DNA of 63,091 nucleotides, the filler included, from Octopus bimaculoides (Eukaryota), in NCBI RefSeq assembly GCF_001194135.2. It is 5 parts of 5 records of this genome, joined end to end, with 100 filler letters (N's around TTAATTAATTAA, not from the genome) between each part and the next. Parts side by side here need not be neighbours in the genome. Positions count along the whole stretch, not along the records: positions 26,763 to 56,585 come from NC_069002.1; 4 more parts are not named here. One strand, 5' to 3'. The position numbers and the translations under genes are program-made. Shown piece by piece: positions 39,124-52,846 of this stretch. The notes beneath the pieces are model-generated. The model made no database searches. It was not told the origin of the DNA and saw nothing but the letters and a program-made list of their open reading frames with translations. Each line of letters starts with the position of its first letter. Position 1 is the first letter of the stretch.

Positions 39124-42100
39124 TTTCCTGTCTAAGGCTTGGGATACCTGTTCATAAGAGTATGGAAAGGTCACTTGAATTGAAGACCTCGAAGTGTTAG
39201 GTAGCACGCACGGATGAAAGACAACGGATGCTAATGTATAATGTTTAGAAATCTGCTTGTCCGCGTTCAACTGTCGTATACGAACATTTCTTTTGGCTAA
39301 ATTCATCCATATATCACTTGAAGTTCTTAGCAAGTTCTTCTGTCTACTCCAGCGCATGGCCAATGGAATTTTTCTAAATGACAGTCGATTTAATGACAAA
39401 CTACTTAGAAACATGAAAAGTGTCTGTGTCCTTGGAATATCGCCTACGAACATGTGTTCTTTCACCTGCAAGAATAAATTGTTTCAAAGTATTTCAATGG
39501 CAATAACTAAAGCAGCAAGTATTGTGTCAAATGGAGTGACTCTAGCAACCAAGAGTGCAGCACTAGCATCAAACGCATTTTTGCAATCAAGTCAGTTGTC
39601 GTTGGTTTCTTTGGTGCTTCCATTTGTCTTTAAACAGAACGGCTTTATTAGTTAACGGGTGTTTGTCACAGACGCACTAGTATTGGTATTGCAAACACAT
39701 TGTGGACCACTGTTTTATTTAATGCAGAGAGTTTTGTTTTGAGCCAGTGAAAAACACTTCAGATTCCTGTGTGTGTGTGTGTCTATAACTATACACCTTC
39801 ATAGTGAAAAGACAATTACGGAACTAGACTGAGTACAAGCTTATATAAATGTGTTTATGTATGTATATACATTTGTGTATGTGGATGCGTGTGTGGAGAC
39901 GCGCGTATGCATGTGTGTATTTTATCTTTTTCAATAAAACAAATTCAGCGAATGAGCAAATAATAGTATAATCATTTCAATTCAGTTATCTGAATTGTAA
40001 AAGCAAGGCTAAACTTTCTTATCTCTATATCCCGTCATTGCTACCATTAAATTATAAAAATGTCACTTGATAATCCGTTGCAACACTTAGCAACGAACAG
40101 TTTCTAGTCTTATCTCTCTCTCTCTTTCACCCTTTCTCTTTCACCCCCTCTCTCACCTCAACCCTCTTCTCTCCCACTCTTCTCTCTCACTAAACGAAGA
40201 GTTTCTAGCCATATCTTTCTCACTCTCTTTAAAATTTACTTTCATTAGTAGTCTCCATCTTGCTTTCTTTCTTTCCTTCGTTTTTTTTATGTACTTTTAC
40301 TTTTAATACAAGAGGAAATGAAAAGTTGTGTGTGTGTTGTATGTGTATATAAATGTATATATATTTATATATATATACGTCTGTGTATTTGTTTACGCTC
40401 ATACACACGTTCCAGCTCTTATTGTTAATTGAATACCATCCAAGTATGTATATATCTGTGTATATGTGGGAGTGAATATATAGCTTAGCATTACAACTGT
40501 AGTAACAGTTGTGTACATATTTCAATGAGTATTAAATATTGATTCTATACCTTGCAAAAATAAAGTGAAAAAAATAAAGCAAAAAACAATACGAAACGGC
40601 CAAAAGGTAGGGGAAAATCCATAAAAGTAGTTTAATACATTATTCTGTGTGTGTTTATTGGTGTGTGCGCCAATCAATGGCTGTGAACAACATGTAGTTT
40701 ACTTTTTCAGAAACTCGTGAAGAAAGGTTTAGGGCCGCGTTTGCACAGAGAACAATGAAATATTTCACTGAAATGTTTTGGTTTGCCTATAATACATCGA
40801 AATCAATCAAATTAAATCGAACCGAATCGAATCAGCTATTCTCAAGAGCTGTTGCACAAGTAAAGTGTTAGTACAAAAGTAATAATAATGATAAACCAAG
40901 CGGTTCGAACATANNNNNNNNNNATATATATATATATATACATATATAGTTTTTATATATATAGTCTTTTATATTACACACACACACACACACATATATA
41001 TAGTCTGCGCTAAATTACCCGACTACAAAATCAATAAACGCATATAAATTGAGTCAAAGAGAAACTTCTATTTTTTGTAAAATACTTCTTGTTGCTCAAA
41101 TTTTGTGCAACAGCTGCGTTTCATATATTCCGTTGTACATATTCTACAATGGACGACTTGTTAAATAGAAACTGACTTATATAACGTGCAATGAGAGAAT
41201 CTCTAAACCACGTTTGCTTTTCTGATCCCCTACTGTTTTTACTCCCTACCCTTCACATAGGTATTCGGGGATATGTACACTTTCACGCGCGCGCGCACAC
41301 GCACACACACATACATATGCACTCTCGCACATTTATGTACGTGTCCAATATCAGGTATATACTCCCTATTCATATGAATCACATCATTCGCGTACATGAA
41401 TGAATACGTGTGGGTGTGTATGACATAAATATATAAGTGTGTGTGTGTGCATATATGTGGCGGTAGGGGGTAAAAGTTTTGATTTATAGAAAGATAACGA
41501 ATCGCTTGGTGGCAATTGGCACCGACTCCAAACAAGTGAAAAACCAGCATGCTAACGATTCAGCCAATGTATGTATGTATGTATGTATGTATGTATGTAT
41601 GTATGTATGTATGTATGTACGTATATGTGCAGAGTTGTATGTTTTATTTTATGTATATATTCTCATGCATATAATTGCCTATCTAGACACGCTCCTACAG
41701 ATTTTTACAGTTCCACTGATGGATTGGATCTGTAGTCTTCGAATTAGCTTTCTTCTTTCCGATTTTGAGAAACCTAATTTCTCAAGATTAGTATTAAGGT
41801 AAGATTGCTATGCATATCATTATTCAGTTTATTTTAAGATTTCTTGCCAATAGAGAAAGAATCGGTTTCTAACTTAGATCCAAGGCCCCTTCTTTGGAAC
41901 TTCAGCATCAACAACAGGGTATTATTGTTTGTATGTATGTATATATGTATTTATGTACGCATGTATGTATGTATGTGTGTGCGGATTTCTAAGTTTTCTG
42001 TATGTATTCTTATGCATATAGTTGCATAAACTTCTGGAAAGTATTAAATTTTTACAGTTCCAGTGATGAACTGGATTTGTAGTCTTCGAATTAGCTTTCA

Positions 42101-42159
42101 CCTTTCTGGTTTTGAGAAGCATAATTTCACAAGATTTGTATTTAGGCAGTGCGTTACAT

Positions 42160-42385
42160 ATCCCAGGCCCCCATCTGGATAGGGTAACTGCAGATTTCTC
42201 AATAGTTCATCATAGGTGTGCTCTTTTCCCCTGATCTTCAGCTTTATGTTAACATCAATCGGACAGCTAATTTCCACAACTGTGCACAGTTTCTCTTCTC
42301 TGTCTCAAATCATTATATCGGGTTTGTTGTGCTTACATTTTATTGAGGTCTTCACTGGGACATTCCACCAGTATTCCTTTTTGTA
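42160..42385 (-). mobile_element. RLE endonuclease domain fragment of an R2/R4/NeSL-type LINE
   Basis: HNKPDIMI*DREEKLCTVVEISCPIDVNIKLK (PD..(D/E)xK-like). Confidence 0.8.
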
Positions 42386-43874
42386 TGTATGCATGTATAT
42401 ATATTTATACATGTTTGTATACACACACATGTATGTATGTATGTCTGTAAGTATATGTGTGTTTATGTGTATATACGAACAAAGGGAAGCAACCATAACT
42501 AACTCAAACTCGAGACTAGGAAGGGAATGCAAGAACACTAGAAATTGCAGTACTCGGAATGTCAACAACGGGAATAGCGGAAATAATCTAGAACATAGGT
42601 GAAATAAGTTAGACATTACCACAAATTAAACCTAAATAGAAAATATAAATAGAATTAGAAGAGCTAATAACTGTGATTGCGCAAGGGGCAGGTGATGTCC
42701 ACTAAACTCCGAATGTAAGATTAAAAATTTGGTTTACACATGCAATGTTACACCAGAAAACAGTGAGTATTTCTATATAGGTTCCAATTCATATTTTATA
42801 AAACAAAGAATAGCTAACCATGAAAATTCTTTCAGAGATAAAAAAAATCACACGAGCCTAAGTAAATTAATTTAGTAGCTGAAGGATAGTAATAAAATAT
42901 ATTCAATTGGCTAGGATATAATTACTAAGACAAAACCATACAGTATAAGAGGTAAAATGTGGAACTTATGTGTTGAGGAAATGTACCAAATTTTCACTTC
43001 TAAATTTAATCCGGTAAACACTAGACAAGAACGTTGTTGGTGGTGTTTCAATGCAAGTAAATATACTTTAAAGAATTCAGATAAACGCAGTACACTTAAT
43101 ATAATAAGAGAAATCATAAATTATTTGGATAATAGTTGTGAAATTAAAAAAAAACAATAAATCAAAATTAAATGAATACCTCTAAAACTCAGAATATTCT
43201 CCTTGAAATGAGTGGAATGGTGAACTTCTTATAGTATGAATAAATCTGCACAAACATTTAATACAATCTTGACCTAATTATAGGTCTATATTTCGCTTGA
43301 CGTGTCAAACTTGGTGGAGGTGAACGTTAAGTCAATGATATTAAAACTATTTATGGTAACACCAAAACAGTTGTAAATGAGGACCTTAATGAAGCTGTAC
43401 CGAAAATGACACCAGGATGCATATCTAACTATGTGCAGTCGATGAAGTTTAAACGCGTGTAAGTCCAAAAAATAATGCTGTAAATAACTGTTTAATACAA
43501 TTAATGATGTGGAAAATCTCCCTTCTTATCATTACTAATATTATACACACACGCGCACTAACATGCACGCACACACACATACACACACACATATACATAT
43601 ATAGTTTCATACATACATGCGCACATACATAAACTTAACCCAAACATACGTACAAAGAACTCGAAGCGACAAGTCGCGTATTTGGCGTGGCAGACTATTT
43701 ATCGAAAATACAATGAGTACTATCTCCAGCATTGGAGCCACAACTATCAGCCCTGGTAAATAACTGGTTAATCTTCAGATGAATTAACTTAGGGAGCCTT
43801 TTATTCTCGATCGTAGTGATTTTCGACCGAAACTTCTATTAAGTATGCAGAGAGTTACTTCAAGCAACATGGCT

Positions 43875-44072
43875 GTTCAAAAAGTGAAGAAAATGAAACA
43901 ACAAAGAGCCATCATGGGTTTTAAAGACAGAGAAAAAGACAACTATAGAAATATATAAATTTCTCAGTATTATATTCGTATACATTGAAATATATATCTT
44001 TGTCCCCATCAGCAATGTGATGATGCTTTTTGCGGGCAAACAAGCAAATCAATATACGTCCCATCAACAGAA
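43875..44072 (+). repeat. 198-bp direct repeat, copy 1
   Basis: Identical to 44830-45027. Confidence 0.95.
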
Positions 44073-44829
44073 CGACCGAGGAACAGAAAGAAAACAATAG
44101 GTAAATAACAGGTAAACAAACTGTTTCTATCTGTAGTTATAGAAGAAACCGTATTTACAAAACTCATTTCTCTTGGAGTTATGAATTGAATAATGATCTA
44201 GTTAACTGCTACAAAAAAAGCGAAACAAAACCCCGCTGTTGGCTATATGAATCGATTGAAGTCATATTGAGACAGTCTGCATCCAGAATTAAACTATTTT
44301 ACTGCGAAGCGACTACGCCAACAAGCAACATTTGCAGAACATAGGAAGAAGGTTAGTAAATGTAACTTTATTTAAAAAATTGAAAGCTAATCTTCTTCCC
44401 AACTTTATAAACGGAAACGAAAACGAGAGACCACCACGTGATTTCTCTGTTAGCGACATTTCAACAAATTCCATAGTGCCTGCCATCCAAACTACATTAC
44501 TGGCTAAACTAACTGACCACTGTCCCCTACTACAACTATGGTAAATAGTAGACAGAACTGCAATGATTATAATAGTAGTAGTAGTGTAGTAGTCACGATT
44601 ATTTACCGGTGAAATCTTCCGAGAAAAAGTAACTTTAGCTTTGAAGTACTCTCCATAGGAGAGAGTATTCTCTACCAAAGTAAGTAAAAAAAACCCACTA
44701 CGTGCGGTATTAAAAGCTGTTAACGAAACTGATGATGAGTATTTGCAGCAGTGTGATAAAACCACGTTCTGACAGATGAACGCCTGTCTATATGCTCTGG
44801 TTAATACTGCAAAGCAGTACATGAATGAC

Positions 44830-45027
44830 GTTCAAAAAGTGAAGAAAATGAAACAACAAAGAGCCATCATGGGTTTTAAAGACAGAGAAAAAGACAACTA
44901 TAGAAATATATAAATTTCTCAGTATTATATTCGTATACATTGAAATATATATCTTTGTCCCCATCAGCAATGTGATGATGCTTTTTGCGGGCAAACAAGC
45001 AAATCAATATACGTCCCATCAACAGAA
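44830..45027 (+). repeat. 198-bp direct repeat, copy 2
   Basis: Identical to 43875-44072. A diverged partial third copy lies at ~46305-46375. Confidence 0.95.
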
Positions 45028-45029
45028 AG

Positions 45030-45872
45030 TAAAGAAAGATATAGAAATGATGTTTGGAGACAGCAAAAAGGGGACACTCACTTGAAAACTGATTACCCTC
45101 ATGCTGTCAGTGAGAAACTCAGACATCAGAAGAGAATAACCGAGAGAAGAACAATAAACAAAACAATTAACCGGAACCAGGCAGCAGTATACAGAGACAT
45201 GAGAGGAGGAGCAGTGAACATCACAGAAGCTCTTTCACGAGAAGACATCGACTCCTTCTGGAGGAGAATCTGGAGTGAAGAGGAGTTTAATCAAGATGCT
45301 CTATGGCTGGAAGAAATTCAAAGAAGTTATTGCTCTTGCACTACACCCAAGGCATACAGCATTGATGGTGATACTCTTGTAACTGTGATCCAGAAACTCC
45401 AGGATGGAAAAACATCTGGAGGAGACATGATTGTTGGATATTAGTACAAGATGCTAACCTTCTGCCGACCATGTCTTATCAATCTGTACCAACAAGCTNN
45501 NNNNNNNNGATTGTTGGATATTAGTACAAGATGCTAACCTTCTGCCGACCATGTCTTATCAATCTGTACCAACAAGCTCTCATTGGGAACAGTAACATAC
45601 TAAACTGATTAGCTTTGGTAGAGACAAAATTGATCCTCAAATGCAGAACCACCCACATAGCTAAAGACTACCGGCCAATTGCATGATAGAACTTAATGTA
45701 TAAGATATATATATTATGTTTAAACCTCTTCCAAGACCATTGTGAAACCAATAACATTATCACAGCAGAACAAGTAGCTAGGAAGAAGATACAAGAGCAT
45801 AAGAGGAATCTAGTTTCAATCTGGCTGGACTACAAGAAAGCCTTTGACTCTGTTCCCCACTCATGGATATTT
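45030..45872 (+). mobile_element. R4/Dong-like LINE RT fragment (second subfamily)
   Basis: DSFWRRIW...KDYRPIAC..LMYK...SIWLDYKKAFDSVPHSWI. Confidence 0.85.
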
Positions 45873-46599
45873 ACTGAAGAAAGAAAGAAGTTGGTAAGAA
45901 ATGTTAAGTGTGTAAAAGTAAAAACGTTGATGCTATTTGTTAGCGATGCCGGGCAGTTATATTATGGTATTCTTATTGCTATCATTGGCACAAACGTAAT
46001 TTACTCACAGCAAAACAAAACAGTTGTTTCATTTCATTATAAGACTTGATACATACCTGTAGGGCAGCAAAGTCAGTAGTTGTCATAAATTTCTTTTACA
46101 GCTGATAATAAAACAAAAATTACTAAATATATATTTACGAGAATAGCATTTTAGAAGCTTTCCGGAGACTGGAGTTAGAAGCACATCGTTCGATTCCTAG
46201 TTGAATCATTACACATTAATTCATTTCACATTGTAAATTCAGTTTCCATCTTTATTGAATATAATCATAGAAGAAATGTGTAAACTGCACCGAATTATAT
46301 TCTTGTAACTATAAAAATATATAGACTTCTCAGTATTATATTCGCATATATTGAAATACAAATGCTTGTCACCATTTTGATTCCAAAGTCAGGCCTGGAA
46401 CTCGTTTAGGAAACGTTTTGCTACAACTTCTGTTTTATTGAGCCACGAATGCTATCTTCGTGGTTCTCCTCAAACAATATAAAATATGTAACATAAAATA
46501 ATATTGATTTTCTGAAATTCAGTTTAGTCAAACACATCTCATATTTTAAACAACTCATCTTGACAATTAAACAATATATTACAGTTAAGTAGAACACAG

Positions 46600-47620
46600 T
46601 ATATTACTCGTGTGACTAAATGCAAAACCACCACTATAGCTGTAGAATGCTCAGTGAAGAGTCTGAAATGAGATGTTGTAGATCAGAGGTGAAATTCTGG
46701 TCCTTTCTAAGTCTAAAATGCGCGCGGTGCCTAGTAGTGCTATTTTCTGTATGCTATATATATTTGTAAGTCCCGTTGTTTTGGTTATGTATTTGCCTGA
46801 ATGTTTTTAATCATACCTAATGAACCTATTATAGGGATGGTTTCTGTATTCAGGCTCTGCATTCGAGTTACCTCTATTTCCTGATCTTTGTATTTTGAGA
46901 GTTGCTTCGTTTCTTTTGGAGATATATTGTCATCAGTTGGTATTGATACATCAATTAGAAGGTATTTTTTTTCTTGCTGATCTCTGACAACCATATCAGG
47001 TCTATTAGCTTTGATTTCTCTATGTGTATGTATTGGCATATTCCAGAGTATGGGTACTTTATTTTTTTTTGAGACTTGTTCTGTGGTGTGCCCATCCCAT
47101 CTTTTTTCTGTTGTTATTCCATAATGTTGGCACAGCTTCCAGTGTATATAGGTCCCAACTCTGTTGTGTCTGTGAATATATTCCTTCTTAGCCAGGACTG
47201 GGCAGCCAGAGACAATATGATTTATTGTTCCTTCTCTATCTCCATATATTCTGCGTTTACTTATTGTATTTTTCTTTCATTATGTGTTTTGGTGATTTCT
47301 GGTGGGGAGGCTTTGATCTTGAGCTGCAACTAAAAGGTGTTCAGTCTTTGCTTTGAATCCTGAGCGTCTCAGCCATTGTTGGGATTTTACTTTGTCTATT
47401 TCTTTTCTGTTTAGCCTAACCCAATATTTGCCATGTTGGGGCTTTTCTTGCCATCGTTTTATCATGATACGTTGCTGCTCCAGGTTTTGTTTGGATTCCA
47501 CTTGTCTTACAGCTCTTGTTGTTTCTTCTTTTTCTTCAGAGTCATCTTGTGCTATGTATTCTTGTATTTTTCAGTTTCCTTAAAGATAGAAAACAGTTTT
47601 TTGTTTTGCACTTTTTGTAA
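46600..47620 (-). mobile_element. R4/Dong-like LINE 3' third (zinc-knuckle region, RLE endonuclease, C-terminus)
   Basis: WQEKPQHGKY, LVAAQDQSLPTR, IKANRPDMVVRD..EKKYLLIDVSIP and QKIALLGTARI. Confidence 0.9.
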
Positions 47621-48292
47621 TCATCACCACCACCACCAACAACAACGCCACCACCACCGAAGCCACCACCGCCGCCNNNNNNNNNNNNNNNNNNNNNNNN
47701 NNNNNNNNNNNNNNNNNNNNNNNNNNNNNNNNNNNNNNNNNNNNNNNNNNNNNNNNNNNNNNNNNNNNNNNNNNNNNNNNNNNNNNNNNNNNNNNNNNNN
47801 NNNNNNNNNNNNNNNNNNNNNNNNNNNNNNNNNNNNNNNNNNNNNNNNNNNNNNNNNNNNNNNNNNNNNNNNNNNNNNNNNNNNNNNNNNNNNNNNNNNN
47901 NNNNNNNNNNNNNNNNNNNNNNNNNNNNNNNNNNNNNNNNNNNNNNNNNNNNNNNNNNNNNNNNNNNNNNNNNNNNNNNNNNNNNNNNNNNNNNNNNNNN
48001 NNNNNNNNNNNNNNNNNNNNNNNNNNNNNNNNNNNNNNNNNNNNNNNNNNNNNNNNNNNNNNNNNNNNNNNNNNNNNNNNNNNNNNNNNNNNNNNNNNNN
48101 NNNNNNNNNNNNNNNNNNNNNNNNNNNNNNNNNNNNNNNNNNNNNNNNNNNNNNNNNNNNNNNNNNNNNNNNNNNNNNNNNNNNNNNNNNNNNNNNNNNN
48201 NNNNNNNNNNNNNNNNNNNNNNNNNNNNNNNNNNNTCCTCTTCACCCTCCTCCTCCTCTTCACCCTCCTCCTCCTCCTCTTCATCCTCATCC

Positions 48293-48367
<75 letters not shown>

Positions 48368-48764
48368 ATGAAATTTTAAAAATCAGAACAAAAAAATTGT
48401 GTTTTAAATAACAAAACATTCTGCCAATGCGTTTTATTTCTGTGTGCTTTTTCACTTTGAGAAAAAAAAACCACTCATGAATTATTCCTCAACCCAATAC
48501 ATACATGGAGACAGACAGACAGACAAAGAGAGAAGGTAGGGAGATCAGTGTATGTGGTGTATGTATGCAAATAAGTGCATCCTAAAAATGCATGTCGTGA
48601 TTTTGAGAATCTCTGAGACAAAATGATATATTATACACACACACACTCATACACACACACACACTCATACACACGTACATACGCACACTCAAACACATGC
48701 ACATAATAGAAATAATATAAAAATGTATATTCATATGAAATAAATCTTTAATCTTTGATCTTTC

Positions 48765-49140
48765 ACTTGTTTCAGCCATTAGACTGGGGCCATGCTGGGG
48801 CACTACATTGAAGAATTTTTAATCGAATGAGTCGATCACAGTACTTATTATATTAGTCGTTTTTACCGAACCAGCTGTCAAAAGATGTTGAGGGGTAACA
48901 CAGACACAGTTGCACGAGCACGCGCACACACGAACACGCACACATACATATGTGTGTACGTGTGTATATATATATGTACGACAGGCTTCTTTCAGTTTCC
49001 ATTCACCAAATCCCCTTTTAAGGCTTTGGTCGGCTTGGGACTATAGTAGAAGACAGTTACTGAAGCTTCCACGCAGTGGGACTAAACCCGGAACCATGTA
49101 ATTGGGAAGCAAGCTTCTTACCACACAGCCACGCCTGCAC
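48765..49140 (-). mobile_element. SINE family A/B
   Basis: Same composite as 61935-62320. Confidence 0.8.
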
Positions 49141-49512
49141 CTATTATACACACAATCAATTCATATATGAATACAACACGCACACACACGTACGCATGCA
49201 CCCCCACACACACACATTATTATATATACATATAACAAATATGTAACACACAGTTATATCAAATATCATACAACATAAATTCTTGGTATTTTACAATTTC
49301 ATCAGTCACTAAAACACGTGCAACTATTATGAAACGCTGATTGAGAACACTGTCGCTTAAAAAGGGGAGATAATCAGCAATTTTCCAAAATGTCATGGCA
49401 TTAAGGAAAATGGCAGTCCTCTTACCGGGAGACAAGAGGGTACAGGTGGCCAGTTGTTTATACATTAATAATTGCCATCAGCGTAACTATTGTTCTGCTT
49501 TAGCTTGGCTGC

Positions 49513-49550
<38 letters not shown>

Positions 49551-49553
<3 letters not shown>

Positions 49554-49833
49554 TACTCATAAATCTGGATGTTTGTACATTTACAGATTTTTATTAATGC
49601 CACATATTAAATAAAGCGCTTTTCACCTAGTCGTGTAGGATTTTCAAATTTGAAAATNNNNNNNNNNNNNNNNNNNNNNNNNNNNNNNNNNNNNNNNNNN
49701 NNNNNNNNNNNNNNNNNNNNNNNNNNNNNNNNNNNNNNNNAAATCCTACACGACTAGGTGAAAAGCGCTTTATTTAATATGTGGCATTAATAAAGATCTG
49801 TAAATGTACAAACATCCAGATTTATGAGTACCT
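49551..49833. repeat. Fold-back palindrome (~100-bp arms) split by a probably spurious gap
   Basis: Arms aggtactcat...gtgtaggattt and aaatcctacac...atgagtacct differ by 1 mismatch. The contig ends overlap at the self-complementary ttttcaaatttgaaaa. Confidence 0.9.
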
Positions 49834-49903
49834 TAATTTTTTTCTATATAATTTCTGTACATCACCTCCAAACCTTCCAATATATATATATATATATATG
49901 TAT

Positions 49904-49935
<32 letters not shown>

Positions 49936-50343
49936 GCGCGCGCGCGTATGTGTGTGTGTGAGTGTGTGAGTGTGTGTGTGTGTGTGTGTATGTATATATA
50001 TGTCCTTCTTTGAACTCACTGTATATGCCATTTTATAACGTGGACTTATCATAAGCTTATAAGTATACGAATATAAATCAGAAACAATAGGTAACAAACA
50101 ACATCTCTTCTCAACGACTTCTACGACTGTCTTCACAAAGCGTCCGCAAACACCACGCTGTCCCTCACTGCCAGTGTGCATACGCCTTTACACAGTTTAG
50201 GACAGTTGACTTGCTATCCCACGAGGGTGTCAGGATTTCACCACAGCAATATGTATGTATGTATATATACATATATACACACGCACACACACATATATAT
50301 ATATGCACACATATATATATATACACATACATATATATATATA

Positions 50344-50443
<100 letters not shown>

Positions 50444-51879
50444 CGCGCGCACACACATACACATATACAACTTTTCCATTTCTTTTTACTACTATTCACT
50501 CGTAGAACCTACTTTCTTTCCCTTGACTATTAATTCACTTTATATATCTCTTCTATTTTTCTCTATCTCTCTTCATCGCTCTCTCTCTGTTTCCCTTCTT
50601 TCTCCCTAGTCATCTTACTAACTTAGCAGCTGACGTCCTCCCCTGACCATTTGTATATTGATACATTCCCGTCAACTGATACATAACTTGAAAGGTTTTA
50701 CGTAATGCATTTCATATTATACATTATTCAGACCTGAAACGTGCATATTAAATAATTTCAAAATATTAGTATTTGTTTTTATTTCATTATACACATACAT
50801 ATATGTAAACACATACATATATACCTATCTATATAATCTTATATATATGCATACGTATATGTGCATATGTACATATATAGATTCATATATATNNNNNNNN
50901 NNNNNNNNNNNNNNNNNNNNNNNNNNNNNNNNNNNNNNNNNNNNNNNNNNNNNNNNNNNNNNNNNNNNNNNNNNNNNNNNNNNNNNNNNNNNNNNNNNNN
51001 NNNNNNNNNNNNNNNNNNNNNNNNNNNNNNNNNNNNNNNNNNNNNNNNNNNNNNNNNNNNNNNNNNNNNNNNNNNNNNNNNNNNNNNNNNNNNNNNNNNN
51101 NNNNNNNNNNNNNNNNNNNNNNNNNNNNNNNNNNNNNNNNNNNNNNNNNNNNNNNNNNNNNNNNNNNNNNNNNNNNNNNNNNNNNNNNNNNNNNNNNNNN
51201 NNNNNNNNNNNNNNNNNNNNNNNNNNNNNNNNNNNNNNNNNNNNNNNNNNNNNNNNNNNNNNNNNNNNNNNNNNNNNNNNNNNNNNNNNNNNNNNNNNNN
51301 NNNNNNNNNNNNNNNNNNNNNNNNNNNNNNNNNNNNNNNNNNNNNNNNNNNNNNNNNNNNNNNNNNNNNNNNNNNNNNNNNNNNNNNNNNNNNNNNNNNN
51401 NNNNNNNNNNNNNNNNNNNNNNNNNNNNNNNNNNNNNNNNNNNNNNNNNNNNNNNNNNNNNNNNNNNNNNNNNNNNNNNNNNNNNNNNNNNNNNNNNNNN
51501 NNNNNNNNNNNNNNNNNNNNNNNNNNNNNNNNNNNNNNNNNNNNNNNNNNNNNNNNNNNNNNNNNNNNNNNNNNNNNNNNNNNNNNNNNNNNNNNNNNNN
51601 NNNNNNNNNNNNNNNNNNNNNNNNNNNNNNNNNNNNNNNNNNNNNNNNNNNNNNNNNNNNNNNNNNNNNNNNNNNNNNNNNNNNNNNNNNNNNNNNNNNN
51701 NNNNNNNNNNNNNNNNNNNNNNNNNNNNNNNNNNNNNNNNNNNNNNNNNNNNNNNNNNNNNNNNNNNNNNNNNNNNNNNNNNNNNNNNNNNNNNNNNNNN
51801 NNNNNNNNNNNNNNNNNNNNNNNNNNNNNNNATATATATATATGTATATATATATATGTATATGCCCCCTTCGGGCATG

Positions 51880-52390
51880 AATGATCATGATCATGTGATT
51901 GCACCAAGAAAGTTACCATTCGGACAAGGTTGTTTAAGGAAGTCCACCAGTCGCCCATGCATACCAGCCCCGCCTCTTCTCGCTACCGATGATATCCAAG
52001 GGAAGGGCCGATACGGCTTGGCACTAGTGACCATCACAACTCATTCCTACAGCTAAGTGAACTGGGCAACGTGAAAGAAAGTGTTTCACTCAAGAGCACT
52101 ACATACAACCAAGTCCACTGCTTCATGTTTGAGGGCTCAATGCTCTAACTACTGAGCTGTACGCCTTCACAAATGCATCGATATATGTATACATGTACAT
52201 ACGTATATGCTTATACATGTATATACGTATAGATGTGACTGTGTGGCAAGAAGTTTGCTTAAAAACTACATCGTTTTGGGTTCAGTCCCACAACATGGGA
52301 CCTTGGGCATGTACTTTCTACGACAGCTTTGAGTCGACTAAAGCCTTAGGAGTTGATTCGGTAGACGGAAACTGGAAGAAGCCCGTCGTT

Positions 52391-52395
<5 letters not shown>
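51880..52395. mobile_element. SINE E-related copy followed by a SINE A head
   Basis: cagctaagtgaactgggcaacgtgaaa..gtgtttcactcaagagcac, then gtgtggcaagaagtttgctt...ggttcagtccc. Confidence 0.7.
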
Positions 52396-52446
<51 letters not shown>

Positions 52447-52780
52447 CACACACATGTATATATCAAGTTGAGTAACGTTTTGAACTATGAAGAATTTGTA
52501 CCGCATTTTTGGTTGACCTTTTTTTAAACATCTTTTTGCAACTGTTTGATAATAAAGACATGGACTTAATAAATCAACATTTTTTTTTACCGTTCTTACA
52601 ATCATCTGAAACGGAACTGTCAAAGCGCGATATTCGAGCAATTTTGCTATTCAACTTCAAAAAGGAACGTAAAGCAGCTGAAACTGCTCGCGATATCAAC
52701 GAAACGTTTGATGAGAAAATGACCAGTGAGTGGTTNNNNNNNNNNNNNNNNNNNNNNNNNNNNNNNNNNNNNNNNNNNNN

Positions 52781-52832
<52 letters not shown>

Positions 52833-52846
52833 CACACACATGTATA

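Noticed and set aside
43875-44822. DEG/ENaC-, Cys-loop- or GPCR-like translations of the repeat and spacer (also Cys-loop-like hints at 29200, 33122 and 39112)
   Set aside because: The same DNA supports mutually exclusive readings, and the paralogous segment near 32 kb does not conserve the frame. T-rich strands produce such patterns by chance.
43875-45027. TRIM/LTR element (TGTT...AACA-like ends)
   Set aside because: Copy 2 starts CGTT, identity extends past the AACA, and there is no TSD, PBS or PPT.
45429-45578. 70-bp tandem duplication in a LINE
   Set aside because: Identical sequence on both sides of a 10-N gap is an assembly artefact.
50694-50735. Additional hammerhead (CTGAATA...GAAAT...GTA, minus strand)
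   Set aside because: An invariant core G is missing and stem I does not pair.
52441-52735. Tandem duplication of the mariner 5' end
   Set aside because: An identical copy lies directly across a short N gap, which indicates an unmerged contig overlap.
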